DNA from: a virus
Taxonomy: Duplodnaviria > Caudoviricetes
DNA: 28,321 bases
Reading direction: 5' to 3' (one strand)
IMG/VR virus record: IMGVR_UViG_3300024264_000133
Span: 1 to 28,321 of that record
The translations under genes were made by a program, and so were the position numbers. Numbering within the stretch: the first letter of the stretch is position 1; the number at the start of each line of letters is the position of its first letter. The notes beneath the pieces are model-generated. The model ran no database searches and was not told the DNA's origin. It saw nothing but the letters and a program-made list of their open reading frames with translations. Positions 1-9,700 of the stretch are shown piece after piece.

Positions 1-1
1 C

Positions 2-2428
2 ATCTCCAAATATATTTAAGGCCGAACCTGTAGGATTAGTACCAATAAGTGAATTATCTCCTATTACTACATTACCAGAATCAAGAATAGATATTCTTTT
101 TGTTCCTTCATCAGTTTGAAATGCTAATCCATTACTATCGTGTGCAATTAAATCTGTTCCTTTTAGTGAACCAGCAACATGGAGTTTAGCTGTTGGAGAT
201 GTTCCACTAGGAAGTCCGATTGCAACGTTACCTGAAGAACCTTCAAATATGGCCATAAGTCCTTCTTTTCCGTCTCCAACTCTAAAGGACCTATATCTTG
301 TAGTACCATTTTGATAGCCTCGATAATTTACCCATAAATCTGCAGCATCGTTATCATATCCATATCCACCATTAATTGTATTTTCATGGTTTGGAGATAT
401 ATATATAGAAGCTGCGTTTGATGGTCCAAAAAGAACACCTATACCATCTCCAACATGCAGTCCCATAACTGGACTACTTACAACATCACTTCCAATTCCT
501 ACCTTTCCGTCACTATGAATTCGCATTGCTTCTGTAAATGAAACATCATTGCCTGCAGTTCCTGACCCGGCAACATAAAATTCGTGTCTTCCGTTTGATA
601 ATCCTAAAGCAGCTGCATAATTACTTTCAATATATTTATTTGTATTTGATGTTGTATCATAATAGAAGTTTGCTCCAATAAACGTACTACCGGCATTGTT
701 TACATATATAGAACCAGTATCTAACTGTAACGCAGTCATGGAACCGTCCCAGGCCGATGGAATTACTCCAATTCCAACGTTGCCTGAACTATCAATACGC
801 ATTGAGTCGCTAGTACCAATTTTCCAAGCATGACTTGCGGCTCTAGTTTCTGAGTTTATATAAACAGCAGCAGTTGGGTCATAGTGCTGTGTTAAATTAG
901 TGTCTGTAGATAGTTCAGGAAAGAATTGTATTTGTGAATTTGCACCATCACAAATTGCAAATTTAGAGCCTGTAGTTGTGGTATGTCCAATTGCAACATT
1001 GCCTGATGAATCAATACGCATGGCTTCTTCTGTATTAGTGCCACCTGAAGCTGTATAGAACAACATATCAGAAGCATTTGAACCTGTGTTATAGGTTGAC
1101 CTTATGCTTATGTTTCCATATTTAGCTGCATTGTAAATTTCTCTGTAGCCTTCTAATAAAAACTCTGTTCCATTTGCACCTGTACTATCTCCTACTGAAA
1201 CATGACCTCCTAAAATTGATAGCTTTTCTGAAGGACTATCAGTTCCAATTCCAACGTTGCCATTGCCATTAACGACTAAACGTGGAGTTCCAGAACTTAC
1301 ACCAATTGTTGCACCTGTTCTAAGTTCTAAATTACCATCTATATTTACTATAGCATTAGTCCTAGTTGAATCTTTAAAGAATAATCTTGAAGATGCGGCA
1401 GAATTAGACGTGTCTTGATTTAATATTATTCCAGCAATCCCACCTGTAGTTACATCTAATTTGGTGTCTGGCGAAGTTGTTCCAATTCCAAGCGATTCAG
1501 CACTTGCATCCCAAAAGAACTTAGCTGTAGAGCCTGTATCTTCGTAGAAGCTGATGTCTCCTGTATTATTGAATTTAGCAACACTTTTGCTGTTTACTTC
1601 AAAAAGATGATAGCCTGAACCAAGAGCAGAAATATGTTTATAAGCACCACTACTTGATACCTGAACAGAACTAGCACCAAAAGAATCAACACTTAATGAA
1701 CCAGCTCCTGTATTTACAACAACATCACCATCAACAGTCAACCCATCCATTGTGGCTGTACCTGTTACATTTATGCCTTTATTAAAATCAAACTCATCAT
1801 TACTTTCATCCCATAGAAGACTTGCTCCCGAGCCGTCTACAACAATACCTGAACCACCAGAACTTGCTTCGTTTTGTCCTGCTCCCAGTGTAATTGTTTG
1901 GTCTGTAACATCTAAATCTGTTACTGAAACAGTATTTAAATCGCCAGTAACATTTATATTTCCAGTAACATTTATATCTGCAAAAGTTGGAGAAGCTGAA
2001 GTTGCTACGCTTTGTCCTATACTTATTTCTCCGCCAGAATAAGTTACACCTGTACCCGCACTTAAATGAGCTCGTACTTCTGCAGCACTTGGCCCAGTGT
2101 ATGTTATAACTCCATTACTGTATGCTAAAGAGCCATCTCCTCCAGAGTCAGTAACGCTTATATGAGCTCGTACTTCAGAGGCACTTGGCCCTGTGTATGT
2201 TATAACTCCAGTGCTATTATCATATGCTAAAGAGCCATCTCCTCCAGAGTCAGTGATACTGAAAGAAGTTCTTGCTCTCGCAGTAGTAAAGTAAAGATTT
2301 GAAGAACCTTCACTTACAGCATCCGTATCAATAGAGGATAAATGTGCTGAAGATATTGCGCCCGATGAGATATGCGCACTTGTAATTGCGTTGTCTGATA
2401 TTACTCCTGATTTTATTTTAGTTGTCAT
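2..2428 (-). CDS. Modular tail fibre protein, 3' end outside the window (>=809 aa; absent from ORF track)
   Basis: ATG at 2428 (MTTKIKSGVISDNAITSAHISSG...) preceded by GAAGGATAAAAA. The same frame reads sensibly at the left edge (...SGNVAIGLPSGTSPTAKLHVAG...). Shares SEGSxNLYFTTARA, VTGTATMDGLTV, ISFYEDTGSTAKFFWDASAE and GNVGIG linkers with the other fibres. Confidence 0.9.
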   Translation of the reverse strand, partial: MTTKIKSGVISDNAITSAHISSGAISSAHLSSIDTDAVSEGSSNLYFTTARARTSFSITDSGGDGSLAYDNSTGVITYTGPSASEVRAHISVTDSGGDGSLAYSNGVITYTGPSAAEVRAHLSAGTGVTYSGGEISIGQSVATSASPTFADINVTGNINVTGDLNTVSVTDLDVTDQTITLGAGQNEASSGGSGIVVDGSGASLLWDESNDEFDFNKGINVTGTATMDGLTVDGDVVVNTGAGSLSVDSFGASSVQVSSSGAYKHISALGSGYHLFEVNSKSVAKFNNTGDISFYEDTGSTAKFFWDASAESLGIGTTSPDTKLDVTTGGIAGIILNQDTSNSAASSRLFFKDSTRTNAIVNIDGNLELRTGATIGVSSGTPRLVVNGNGNVGIGTDSPSEKLSILGGHVSVGDSTGANGTEFLLEGYREIYNAAKYGNISIRSTYNTGSNASDMLFYTASGGTNTEEAMRIDSSGNVAIGHTTTTGSKFAICDGANSQIQFFPELSTDTNLTQHYDPTAAVYINSETRAASHAWKIGTSDSMRIDSSGNVGIGVIPSAWDGSMTALQLDTGSIYVNNAGSTFIGANFYYDTTSNTNKYIESNYAAALGLSNGRHEFYVAGSGTAGNDVSFTEAMRIHSDGKVGIGSDVVSSPVMGLHVGDGIGVLFGPSNAASIYISPNHENTINGGYGYDNDAADLWVNYRGYQNGTTRYRSFRVGDGKEGLMAIFEGSSGNVAIGLPSGTSPTAKLHVAGSLKGTDLIAHDSNGLAFQTDEGTKRISILDSGNVVIGDNSLIGTNPTGSALNIFGD
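2067..2254 (-). repeat. Two tandem coding repeats TDSGGDGSLAY..GVITYTGPSA.EVRAH
   Basis: Near-identical copies at about 2067-2152 and 2163-2254; both contain atgctaaagagccatctcctccagagtcagt. Confidence 0.85.
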
Positions 2429-2431
2429 TTT

Positions 2432-2494
2432 TTATCCTTCTAACTCCGTTATTCTTGATTTTAAATCGTCTATTATTGTTTGTTGTTTTTTCAT
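2432..2494 (-). CDS. 20-aa mini-ORF MKKQQTIIDDLKSRITELEG, copy of the S74 chaperone C-terminal coiled coil
   Basis: ATG immediately follows the TAA of 2495..4126, in frame. 2450-2487 is identical to 10531-10568. Its last codons hold the GAAGGA SD of the next gene. Translation is not proven. Confidence 0.6.
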   Translation of the reverse strand: MKKQQTIIDDLKSRITELEG

Positions 2495-4126
2495 TTAAGT
2501 TTTAGTCCTTGATGTTACTGAATCAACAGTAAATGAAATAGTAGAATCAATAGCAAATCTACAAAACCCAGACACATATGCATAAGAGCCTTGATGTTTT
2601 ACAATTAATTCATATTGACTGCTGCTTATTCTGTTAACAGAAAAACCACTACTATCAGGATTGTAGTTTGCATTAACTAATGTTGTTCCTACTACTGGTG
2701 ATTGCGAATAACCTATCATACAGGCTTTAGCAAAACCTCTTCTTGTAGTTTCTGAAGTAGAAGCAAAGTGTGTAGAAAAGAAAAAAGTACCCGAATTAAA
2801 ATTACCAATAGTTATAGTAATAACGTACTCATCAGTTGTATTTAGACCTATTCCATAAGTATCATTATAATAATTATCTGTTCTAATATTTCCATCAATA
2901 TGTAATTTTGTATCAGGACTTGTAACTCCAATTCCAACATTGCCTGAAGAATTAATACGCATTCTTTCTGCAGTTCCTGTTCCAAATCTCATACTATCAT
3001 CTTGGTTTTCGTATTCTATAAAACCTGCATAACCTATTCTGTCTCCAAAGTTTATTACTGGATTTGCATTTGTTGCATAAGATTTTAAATTTAGGGAAGG
3101 CTCTCTAGCACCATTATCTTCACCTGTTTCAATAGTAATACCAACATCACCTGTTGCTGCATATACATGAAGTTTATCAGCAGGACTAGTCGTTCCAATT
3201 CCAACTTTGCCTGCTGAATCAAGAGTCATATTCGCACTTGCAGATGCGTTAGTTCTAAAACTAAATGCGTTATCGCTATGTGAATAACCTATTTGTCCTC
3301 TAAATCTATCATCACCACTTGCACCATCAGCAAAATAAATAACACCTGAATTTGCAGTTCCTGAATATATAGTCATACCTTCAGTACCACTACCAGTACC
3401 TATAACTAAATTGTTAGCACCACCATCCATACTTGATGCAACAGTATTTCCAATAGAAACCGAGCCTGAAGAATCAACTGTAACTTTACGTTCAGGAGTA
3501 CTACCTGTCCATATTTGTACAGAGGCATCTCCTCCAAGAGCTAAATTACCACCTGAAACGCCTTGTGCATCAGCTCTTATATGATAAAAACCATTAGCAT
3601 CCATGTAATGTTGACCATATAAAGTAGTAGAGTTATATCTAAGTGCTAGTGTATTATTTGAGCCATTCCCTGTTCCAATAGTTCCATGTTGAATTTCTAA
3701 TGTGTTTGCTGGATTTGTTAATCCAATTCCAACTCTATTATTTGTAGCATCAACAACTAAAGTAGAAGTATCAAAAGTAACATCACCCGTAAAGTCTGGA
3801 CTTGCTAATGGTGCTTTAGTCGCAATACTATTCGTTACAGTAGTACTAAAACTTGCATCATCTCCAAGTGCTGCGGCTAACTCATTTAAAGTATCTAAAG
3901 TTGAAGGAGCGCTATCAGCTAAATTCGCTATTGCTGTAGATACGAAAGCTGTACTTGCAACTGTAGTATCATTGTCTCCGGCAGAAGCTGTCGCAACAGT
4001 AACTGTTTTACCTGTAAGGTCTAAAGTTGTATGTAATTTAGCCGCAGTTATACTAGAGTCTGAAAGACTGTCTGTTGTTACTGCACTCGTTGCTATTACA
4101 TCTGCTGTTATCTTCTGTATTGCCAT
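2495..4126 (-). CDS. Modular tail fibre protein (543 aa), unrecognised C-terminal tip domain
   Basis: N-terminal TLNELAAALGDD motif typical of P2 gpH/COG5301-type fibres; three VGIG-linked modules; no S74 domain. Confidence 0.88.
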   Translation of the reverse strand: MAIQKITADVIATSAVTTDSLSDSSITAAKLHTTLDLTGKTVTVATASAGDNDTTVASTAFVSTAIANLADSAPSTLDTLNELAAALGDDASFSTTVTNSIATKAPLASPDFTGDVTFDTSTLVVDATNNRVGIGLTNPANTLEIQHGTIGTGNGSNNTLALRYNSTTLYGQHYMDANGFYHIRADAQGVSGGNLALGGDASVQIWTGSTPERKVTVDSSGSVSIGNTVASSMDGGANNLVIGTGSGTEGMTIYSGTANSGVIYFADGASGDDRFRGQIGYSHSDNAFSFRTNASASANMTLDSAGKVGIGTTSPADKLHVYAATGDVGITIETGEDNGAREPSLNLKSYATNANPVINFGDRIGYAGFIEYENQDDSMRFGTGTAERMRINSSGNVGIGVTSPDTKLHIDGNIRTDNYYNDTYGIGLNTTDEYVITITIGNFNSGTFFFSTHFASTSETTRRGFAKACMIGYSQSPVVGTTLVNANYNPDSSGFSVNRISSSQYELIVKHQGSYAYVSGFCRFAIDSTISFTVDSVTSRTKT

Positions 4127-4129
4127 TTT

Positions 4130-4423
4130 TTATATTCCTGCGTTCTCGTTTGCTGTTTTCTTAGCGTTCTTAATTTCTGTTGTCCATACAGCATTTGCAA
4201 TACCTTGGACTTCTGTAGACTCGCCTGATATATCTGTATCTGTATGAGTCCAACTATCGTCATCATTCTTTACAGAGCTTACACATTCTAATGTGTGTCT
4301 ATGAAAAGACCTATTTAACTCTACATCATCTTCTTTGATAACTGTAGCAGTACGAATTTGTATAGCTTTATGCTCTCCTACAATTTCGATTTTATCATCT
4401 ATTAGTTCTTTTGTTATTGCCAT
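4130..4423 (-). CDS. Small conserved phage protein (97 aa), putative fibre-associated or assembly partner
   Basis: AGGAGA SD upstream. DKIEIVG..KAIQIRTATVI.ED..EL.RSFHRH resembles proteins I recall downstream of DDYEEGTWTP-ending fibres. Function is inferred from position. Confidence 0.8.
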   Translation of the reverse strand: MAITKELIDDKIEIVGEHKAIQIRTATVIKEDDVELNRSFHRHTLECVSSVKNDDDSWTHTDTDISGESTEVQGIANAVWTTEIKNAKKTANENAGI

Positions 4424-4443
4424 TCTATTTTCTCCTATGTCCG

Positions 4444-4463
4444 TACCTAGAATCCACTAGGTA
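4444..4463 (-). promoter_or_regulatory. Intergenic hairpin just upstream of the 97-aa gene RBS
   Basis: Minus strand reads TACCTAG-TGGATT-CTAGGTA (7-bp perfect stem), then CGGACAT-AGGAGA. No U-tract follows. Confidence 0.5.
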
Positions 4464-4472
4464 TATTAGTTA

Positions 4473-6713
4473 TTAAACTTTGTAAGTGGCTGTTCCTCTT
4501 ATATCAACAGAGTTATTATGTGATGCCTCTAATTCACCATAAACTGTATAATCAAAGTTTTGTTCATTTATATTTATTAATCTAATAAAAGTATCACCAT
4601 CAACTAAAATAGTTGTTAATGTAGAGTCATTTGGAGTGTAATATCTTGCATATATTGCCCCTGCTCCATTACTATCTATAGTAAAAGGTAGTCCACTTAT
4701 TTGAACTTGTGCTGAACTTGTAGGCATTCCACCAGTAGAAACTATATGATAATGAACAGTAACTTGATTACCAATTTTTGTATAATGACCTGTAGCAGTT
4801 GTTAATGTAGCTCCACCAAAGCCCGGTGTCCAAGTACCTTCTTCATAATCGTCAAGTGCGTTAGCTGCTGCTGTGTCTCCGTTAAAGGTTAAACCACCAG
4901 CACCAAGAAATCTGCCCATCTCGCCATCATTTCCTGCAAAGACAATATCACTTCTTGATACGATTGCTAGATTATTTTTTGCGTTACTTGCAGTATCATA
5001 AGTACCTATACCATTAACAGTTATAGTTCCATCTTCAGGTCTTTTAAGACCTATAAAAGAACCCTTAGTATTAACATCTGCAATTTTTGATGAATCTATA
5101 TAAGCACTATTTTCTGCACCAGTAATCTTTACACCATCATTAGTACCTGTAGTAAAAGTTGTGCTACCAGCACTATCAATCTGCATTTTCACATCATTAT
5201 TTGCTATAAATCTAACACTGTGGTTTGTAGTAGAGCCAAAAAATACTGCTCCACCATCTGAAACTTCATATTTTGCTGTAATATCTCCACCAAAAGCTCT
5301 TCCCTGTAATTCTAACTTTGCTGGTTCATAATCTGCTGTACCACCATCAACTATAATTGTTCCATTACCAGGCTTAAATGTTATATCACCAGTAGAACCT
5401 ATGTTAAGCCTAGTTGCATAGTTTGCATTATTAGCATCGCCTTGTTGTATAGATAAATCATTACCTGCATCATTTTGTAAAAATCTAAAACCGTAAACAC
5501 TTGGTTTATCAAACTCTAAAACACCATCTGAAATTCTTACATTACCTGCAACATCTAATTTACTTAAAGGACTACTCGTTCCAATTCCAACATTTCCGTC
5601 ATTAGTTATTCTGAGTCTCTCAACTCCATTTGAACCACCATCAGTTTGAATTACAAAATCAGCGTCATTAGTTCCACCACCCTCAACAAATCCTACTACT
5701 CCATCACCTGAACCTGTCCTAAAGTTTATTAATGAAGCAGTATTTGAACCTCCATGTGTATTATTAAGATAAAGCATACTGTTAGCAGGAGTTGCACCAT
5801 AACCTGATGTTGAATAAGTTGTGGCAATACTATTATCTATGGTTAATTTAGCAGTAGGACTACTATTTCCAATTCCAACTTTACCACCATCAATTGTTAC
5901 ATCTGTTCCACCATCAGCACCAGTTCCAATAAGAAGTTTATCATCATTGTGAGCGTAAGCTATAAATCCTGCGTATTGGTTGTTCCCTGATGTTCCATCT
6001 GCAAAATGAAGTCTACTTAGAGAGCTATTACCTGCATAAATTGTTATTCCTTGATCGCCTGTACCACTACCTACTACTAATTGAGATGCTCCTGAAAACA
6101 TAGATGATGCATTAGTAGTTCCAATTCCAATATTGCCTGAACTATCAATAGTAAGTCTTCTTGTATCAGCTGTTGTTAATGATAATGCATGAGAAGTTGT
6201 TGTGCCAAATTCCATATCAGTAGTTGCATCAGCATAAATTATTTTTGCTGCTACTGCTCCACCATCTCTCCTAAATTCTGCTAATGTTTCATCTTGTCCA
6301 GATGTATATGTACTTGAAAACACAGGTGAATCTAAAGGTGCTTTAGTAGCAATACTATTCGTTACAGTAGTACTAAAACTTGCATCATCTCCAAGTGCGG
6401 CTGCTAACTCATTCAGTGTGTTTAAACTTGAAGGAGAACTATCAACTAAAGCTGCAATCTCTTGTTGAACAAAAGCTGTTGAAGCTGGAGAAGTATCACT
6501 ATCCCCTGTGGTCGCCGTTGCGACAGTAATTGTTTTTCCTGTTAAGTCTAGTGTTCCTGCAAGTTTTCCTGCGGTTACACTTAAGTCAGCAAGTTTGGCA
6601 GTAGTAATATTACCATCTGTAATTTTGGCAGCAGTAATCGCATTGTTTGCAATGTCTACGGTTGCGATATCGCTATCTTTTATTAGATTTGTTGTAATTC
6701 TTTTTATTGCCAT
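4473..6713 (-). CDS. Modular tail fibre protein (746 aa) with a DDYEEGTWTP-type C-terminal domain
   Basis: ITAAKI repeats, TLNELAAALGDD motif, three GIG linkers, C-terminal ANALDDYEEGTWTP...YTKIGNQV...ISGLPF domain. Confidence 0.9.
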   Translation of the reverse strand: MAIKRITTNLIKDSDIATVDIANNAITAAKITDGNITTAKLADLSVTAGKLAGTLDLTGKTITVATATTGDSDTSPASTAFVQQEIAALVDSSPSSLNTLNELAAALGDDASFSTTVTNSIATKAPLDSPVFSSTYTSGQDETLAEFRRDGGAVAAKIIYADATTDMEFGTTTSHALSLTTADTRRLTIDSSGNIGIGTTNASSMFSGASQLVVGSGTGDQGITIYAGNSSLSRLHFADGTSGNNQYAGFIAYAHNDDKLLIGTGADGGTDVTIDGGKVGIGNSSPTAKLTIDNSIATTYSTSGYGATPANSMLYLNNTHGGSNTASLINFRTGSGDGVVGFVEGGGTNDADFVIQTDGGSNGVERLRITNDGNVGIGTSSPLSKLDVAGNVRISDGVLEFDKPSVYGFRFLQNDAGNDLSIQQGDANNANYATRLNIGSTGDITFKPGNGTIIVDGGTADYEPAKLELQGRAFGGDITAKYEVSDGGAVFFGSTTNHSVRFIANNDVKMQIDSAGSTTFTTGTNDGVKITGAENSAYIDSSKIADVNTKGSFIGLKRPEDGTITVNGIGTYDTASNAKNNLAIVSRSDIVFAGNDGEMGRFLGAGGLTFNGDTAAANALDDYEEGTWTPGFGGATLTTATGHYTKIGNQVTVHYHIVSTGGMPTSSAQVQISGLPFTIDSNGAGAIYARYYTPNDSTLTTILVDGDTFIRLININEQNFDYTVYGELEASHNNSVDIRGTATYKV

Positions 6714-6714
6714 A

Positions 6715-9700
6715 TTATAATCCTGCCTCGTCTAATCTTGCTTTTAAATCGTCTATTATTGTTTGTTGTTCTTGCATAGCTTTTATTAAGTAGGGTGTAA
6801 GTTTTCCGTAATCAACACCCCAAGGTTCTTCATTAACATCCTCTCCACCTTCTTGAACTACATTAGGTATTACCTCGTTTAATTCTTGTGCAATCACACC
6901 AACTTCATGATGACCATTTTTTATCCAATCAAACTCTCTAATTTGTATATTGTTAATTACGTCCAATTGAGAAGAAGCATCTACAATATTTTCTTTCATT
7001 CTTCTGTCAGAAGATGTATTGTAAGATACAGTTGTTCCACTTGCTGCTGATACAGAACCCATAGTGCTATTACTATCGCTAAATCTTATAAATTGACCTC
7101 CAGTAGCATCAGTATCATTTTTAAATTGAAGCAACTGAATTAGATTTGAAGAAGCAACTGAGACATCAGTATCAAAAAATCCTACTATTCCACCAAACCC
7201 TGCTGTATAACCACCACCAGCAACTTGCAATTTACCATAAGTAATAAAGTCAGAAGTCATATCGCCTATTAATACATTTTTATTACTCTGAAGAATCATG
7301 GTTGGTGTTGAGCTTTCGTTAAATGTAAAGTGTATGTCTCCACCACCAACGCCTGTACCTTGATTGATAATTAATCTTCCAACGCTTCCATTTAAAAAAC
7401 TATAAATAAAAGAACTTGTTGCACTAGAATCACCAGCGCTTAACCAAAGACCACCACCAACTGAACCATTAATAACAGTTGTAGTTATATTAGTACCTAT
7501 AGACCTGTCTGCTGTACTTCCGATACCTACGCAGCCTGATGTATGGATACGCATTCTTTCATTTGCACCATTCGTGTTAAATGTTATTCTATTTGCTGAT
7601 TGTATTAGCAAAGGGTCAGTATCAGATTGAATTGTTGCATTGTCATTATCAGTAAATAGCATCATTGACCTAGCGTTATCTGCTCTTGATAATTTTAGTT
7701 TACCACCAGCACCAATTTCTAATGCTTGGTCTGGGTCTGTAATTCCAATTCCAACATTTTTGTTATCTAATATAATCATAGCTGGTGTCTGACTATTTGC
7801 AAAAAGGTCAATTGTAGGTGAGTTGACCATGAACTGCATACCAGTTGTATTATCATAACCAATACCAGCATAAGCATCTGTACTATACTCACTTTGGAAA
7901 ACCATTACAGGAAAATTGTGGCGTAAAAGCAATGAACGTCCCCACCCACCTGACATAGCAGTTCCACCATTTATTTCTAAAGGTGCGTTTGGACTACTCG
8001 TTCCAATTCCAACGTTGCCTGAATTATGGTCAATAACTAAATTATCAGATGTATTACCTGCGAAAGTTAAAGCACCACTTGTACCAAGACTTCTATCGTT
8101 TTGTATGGTAAATGTACCATTAGTTGTTTTAATTTCTAGCCTTGCATCATCACTAGATTCTGAACCATTTGATTCAATACGAGCAACTGCATCATCTGCA
8201 TTTACTATATGAAATTGAGTTGCAGGACTACTCGTTCCAATACCTAATCTTTCAGCACTTGCATCCCAAAAGAACTTAGCTGTAGAGCCTGTATCTTCAT
8301 AAAAGGAGATGTCTCCGTTGGAGGCTATGTTCAACCTATCTTTAAGTGCTGTACTGAACCCTGTTGTCGTTTTAAATCTTAATGATGTAGAGCCTACAGT
8401 GTCCTCGGAGTAAGTGTTTATTCTAGCCTTAACGCCCACGTTTGAGTCGTCATTAGAGTAGAAATCAATACCGCCAAGACTTTCTCCAGTGGATAGGGTT
8501 GTCGTGGTAGATTCAAGTTTTAATGTTGCACTAGAACTAGCCTGAACAGTCAAACCATCCATTGTAGCTGTACCAGTAACGTCTATGCCCGTGGAGGTGG
8601 TGGCTAGTTTGGGGTTACCCGCATGATATAAAATAACTTCTGCACCTGTATTCGCTGCAAGAAAATTTTGTGTTCCACTTGCTCTTTGTAATTGTAAATT
8701 ACCTGCTCTTATTAAAAGATTCCCTGTACCAGTTTCATCAATAAAACTATTACTTCCATCATGATAAATCTGTAAATCTCCTCCTACTGCTGAACCTACT
8801 TCTAGTCTAACATTATCACCAAAACTTAAATCACCAGTCATAGTACCGCCAGCTAATGGTAATTTTGCAGCAATACTTGCATTTACAGTAGTACTAAAGT
8901 TAGCATCGTCGCCTAAAGCTGCTGCTAATTCATTTAATGTGTCCATCGCAGCGGGTGCGCTATCGACCAAAGAAGTTATTTCTTGTCGTACAAATGCAGT
9001 CGAAGCTACAGAAGTATCATTGTCTCCTGCACTTGCTGTTGCAACTGTAACTGTTTTTCCAGTCAAATCTAAAGATGAAGCAAGTTTTGCCGCAGTTACA
9101 TTGGCATCCGTTATCTTTGCTGTCGTTACAGCATCGTCTGCAAGGAAGCCCGTTGTTACTGTTGCCGCATTCATTGAACGTGTAACTAATACTTCAAGTG
9201 ACATTCCCGAAGTAGGAACTGCGTCTAAAGTCAAAGTGCTTCCACTGTAAGTATATGAAGATTTTGGCTGATATACTCCATCAACAAAAACGAAAACATT
9301 ATTTTCATTTTCAGTCGTTAAACTTGTGTCATAGGATGCGGTATTTGATGTAGTTACGTTGTACTGACCTAAGATAGCATCCGTTGGATTGTATGTTGAA
9401 ACCGTTCCAGTGATTACCTCTAAATCTTCCCCATTTGGTAAATTTTCTGAAAGTGTAATTTCTGTACCACTGAAACTATATGTTGATTTTGGCTGGTACA
9501 CACCACCTATAAATACCCATGTATTGTTTTCTGATTGTGGATTCTTACCTGTGTCATAAGTAGCAGTACTACCATTTCCAGTTGCAGTATATAAGTCTAC
9601 GCTTGAAGTTGTGTCTCCGCCGATAGCACCCCAAGCACTATTTGCATACCCTTCAAATTCATTAGTGCTAGAATTATATCTTAACATTCCATTTGCAGGT

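Noticed and set aside
4130-6726. Similar gene ends GCAGGAATATAA (97-aa gene) and GCAGGATTATAA (1265-aa gene) as another homology arm
   Set aside because: Only 12 bp, explained by an embedded AGGA SD plus stop codon.
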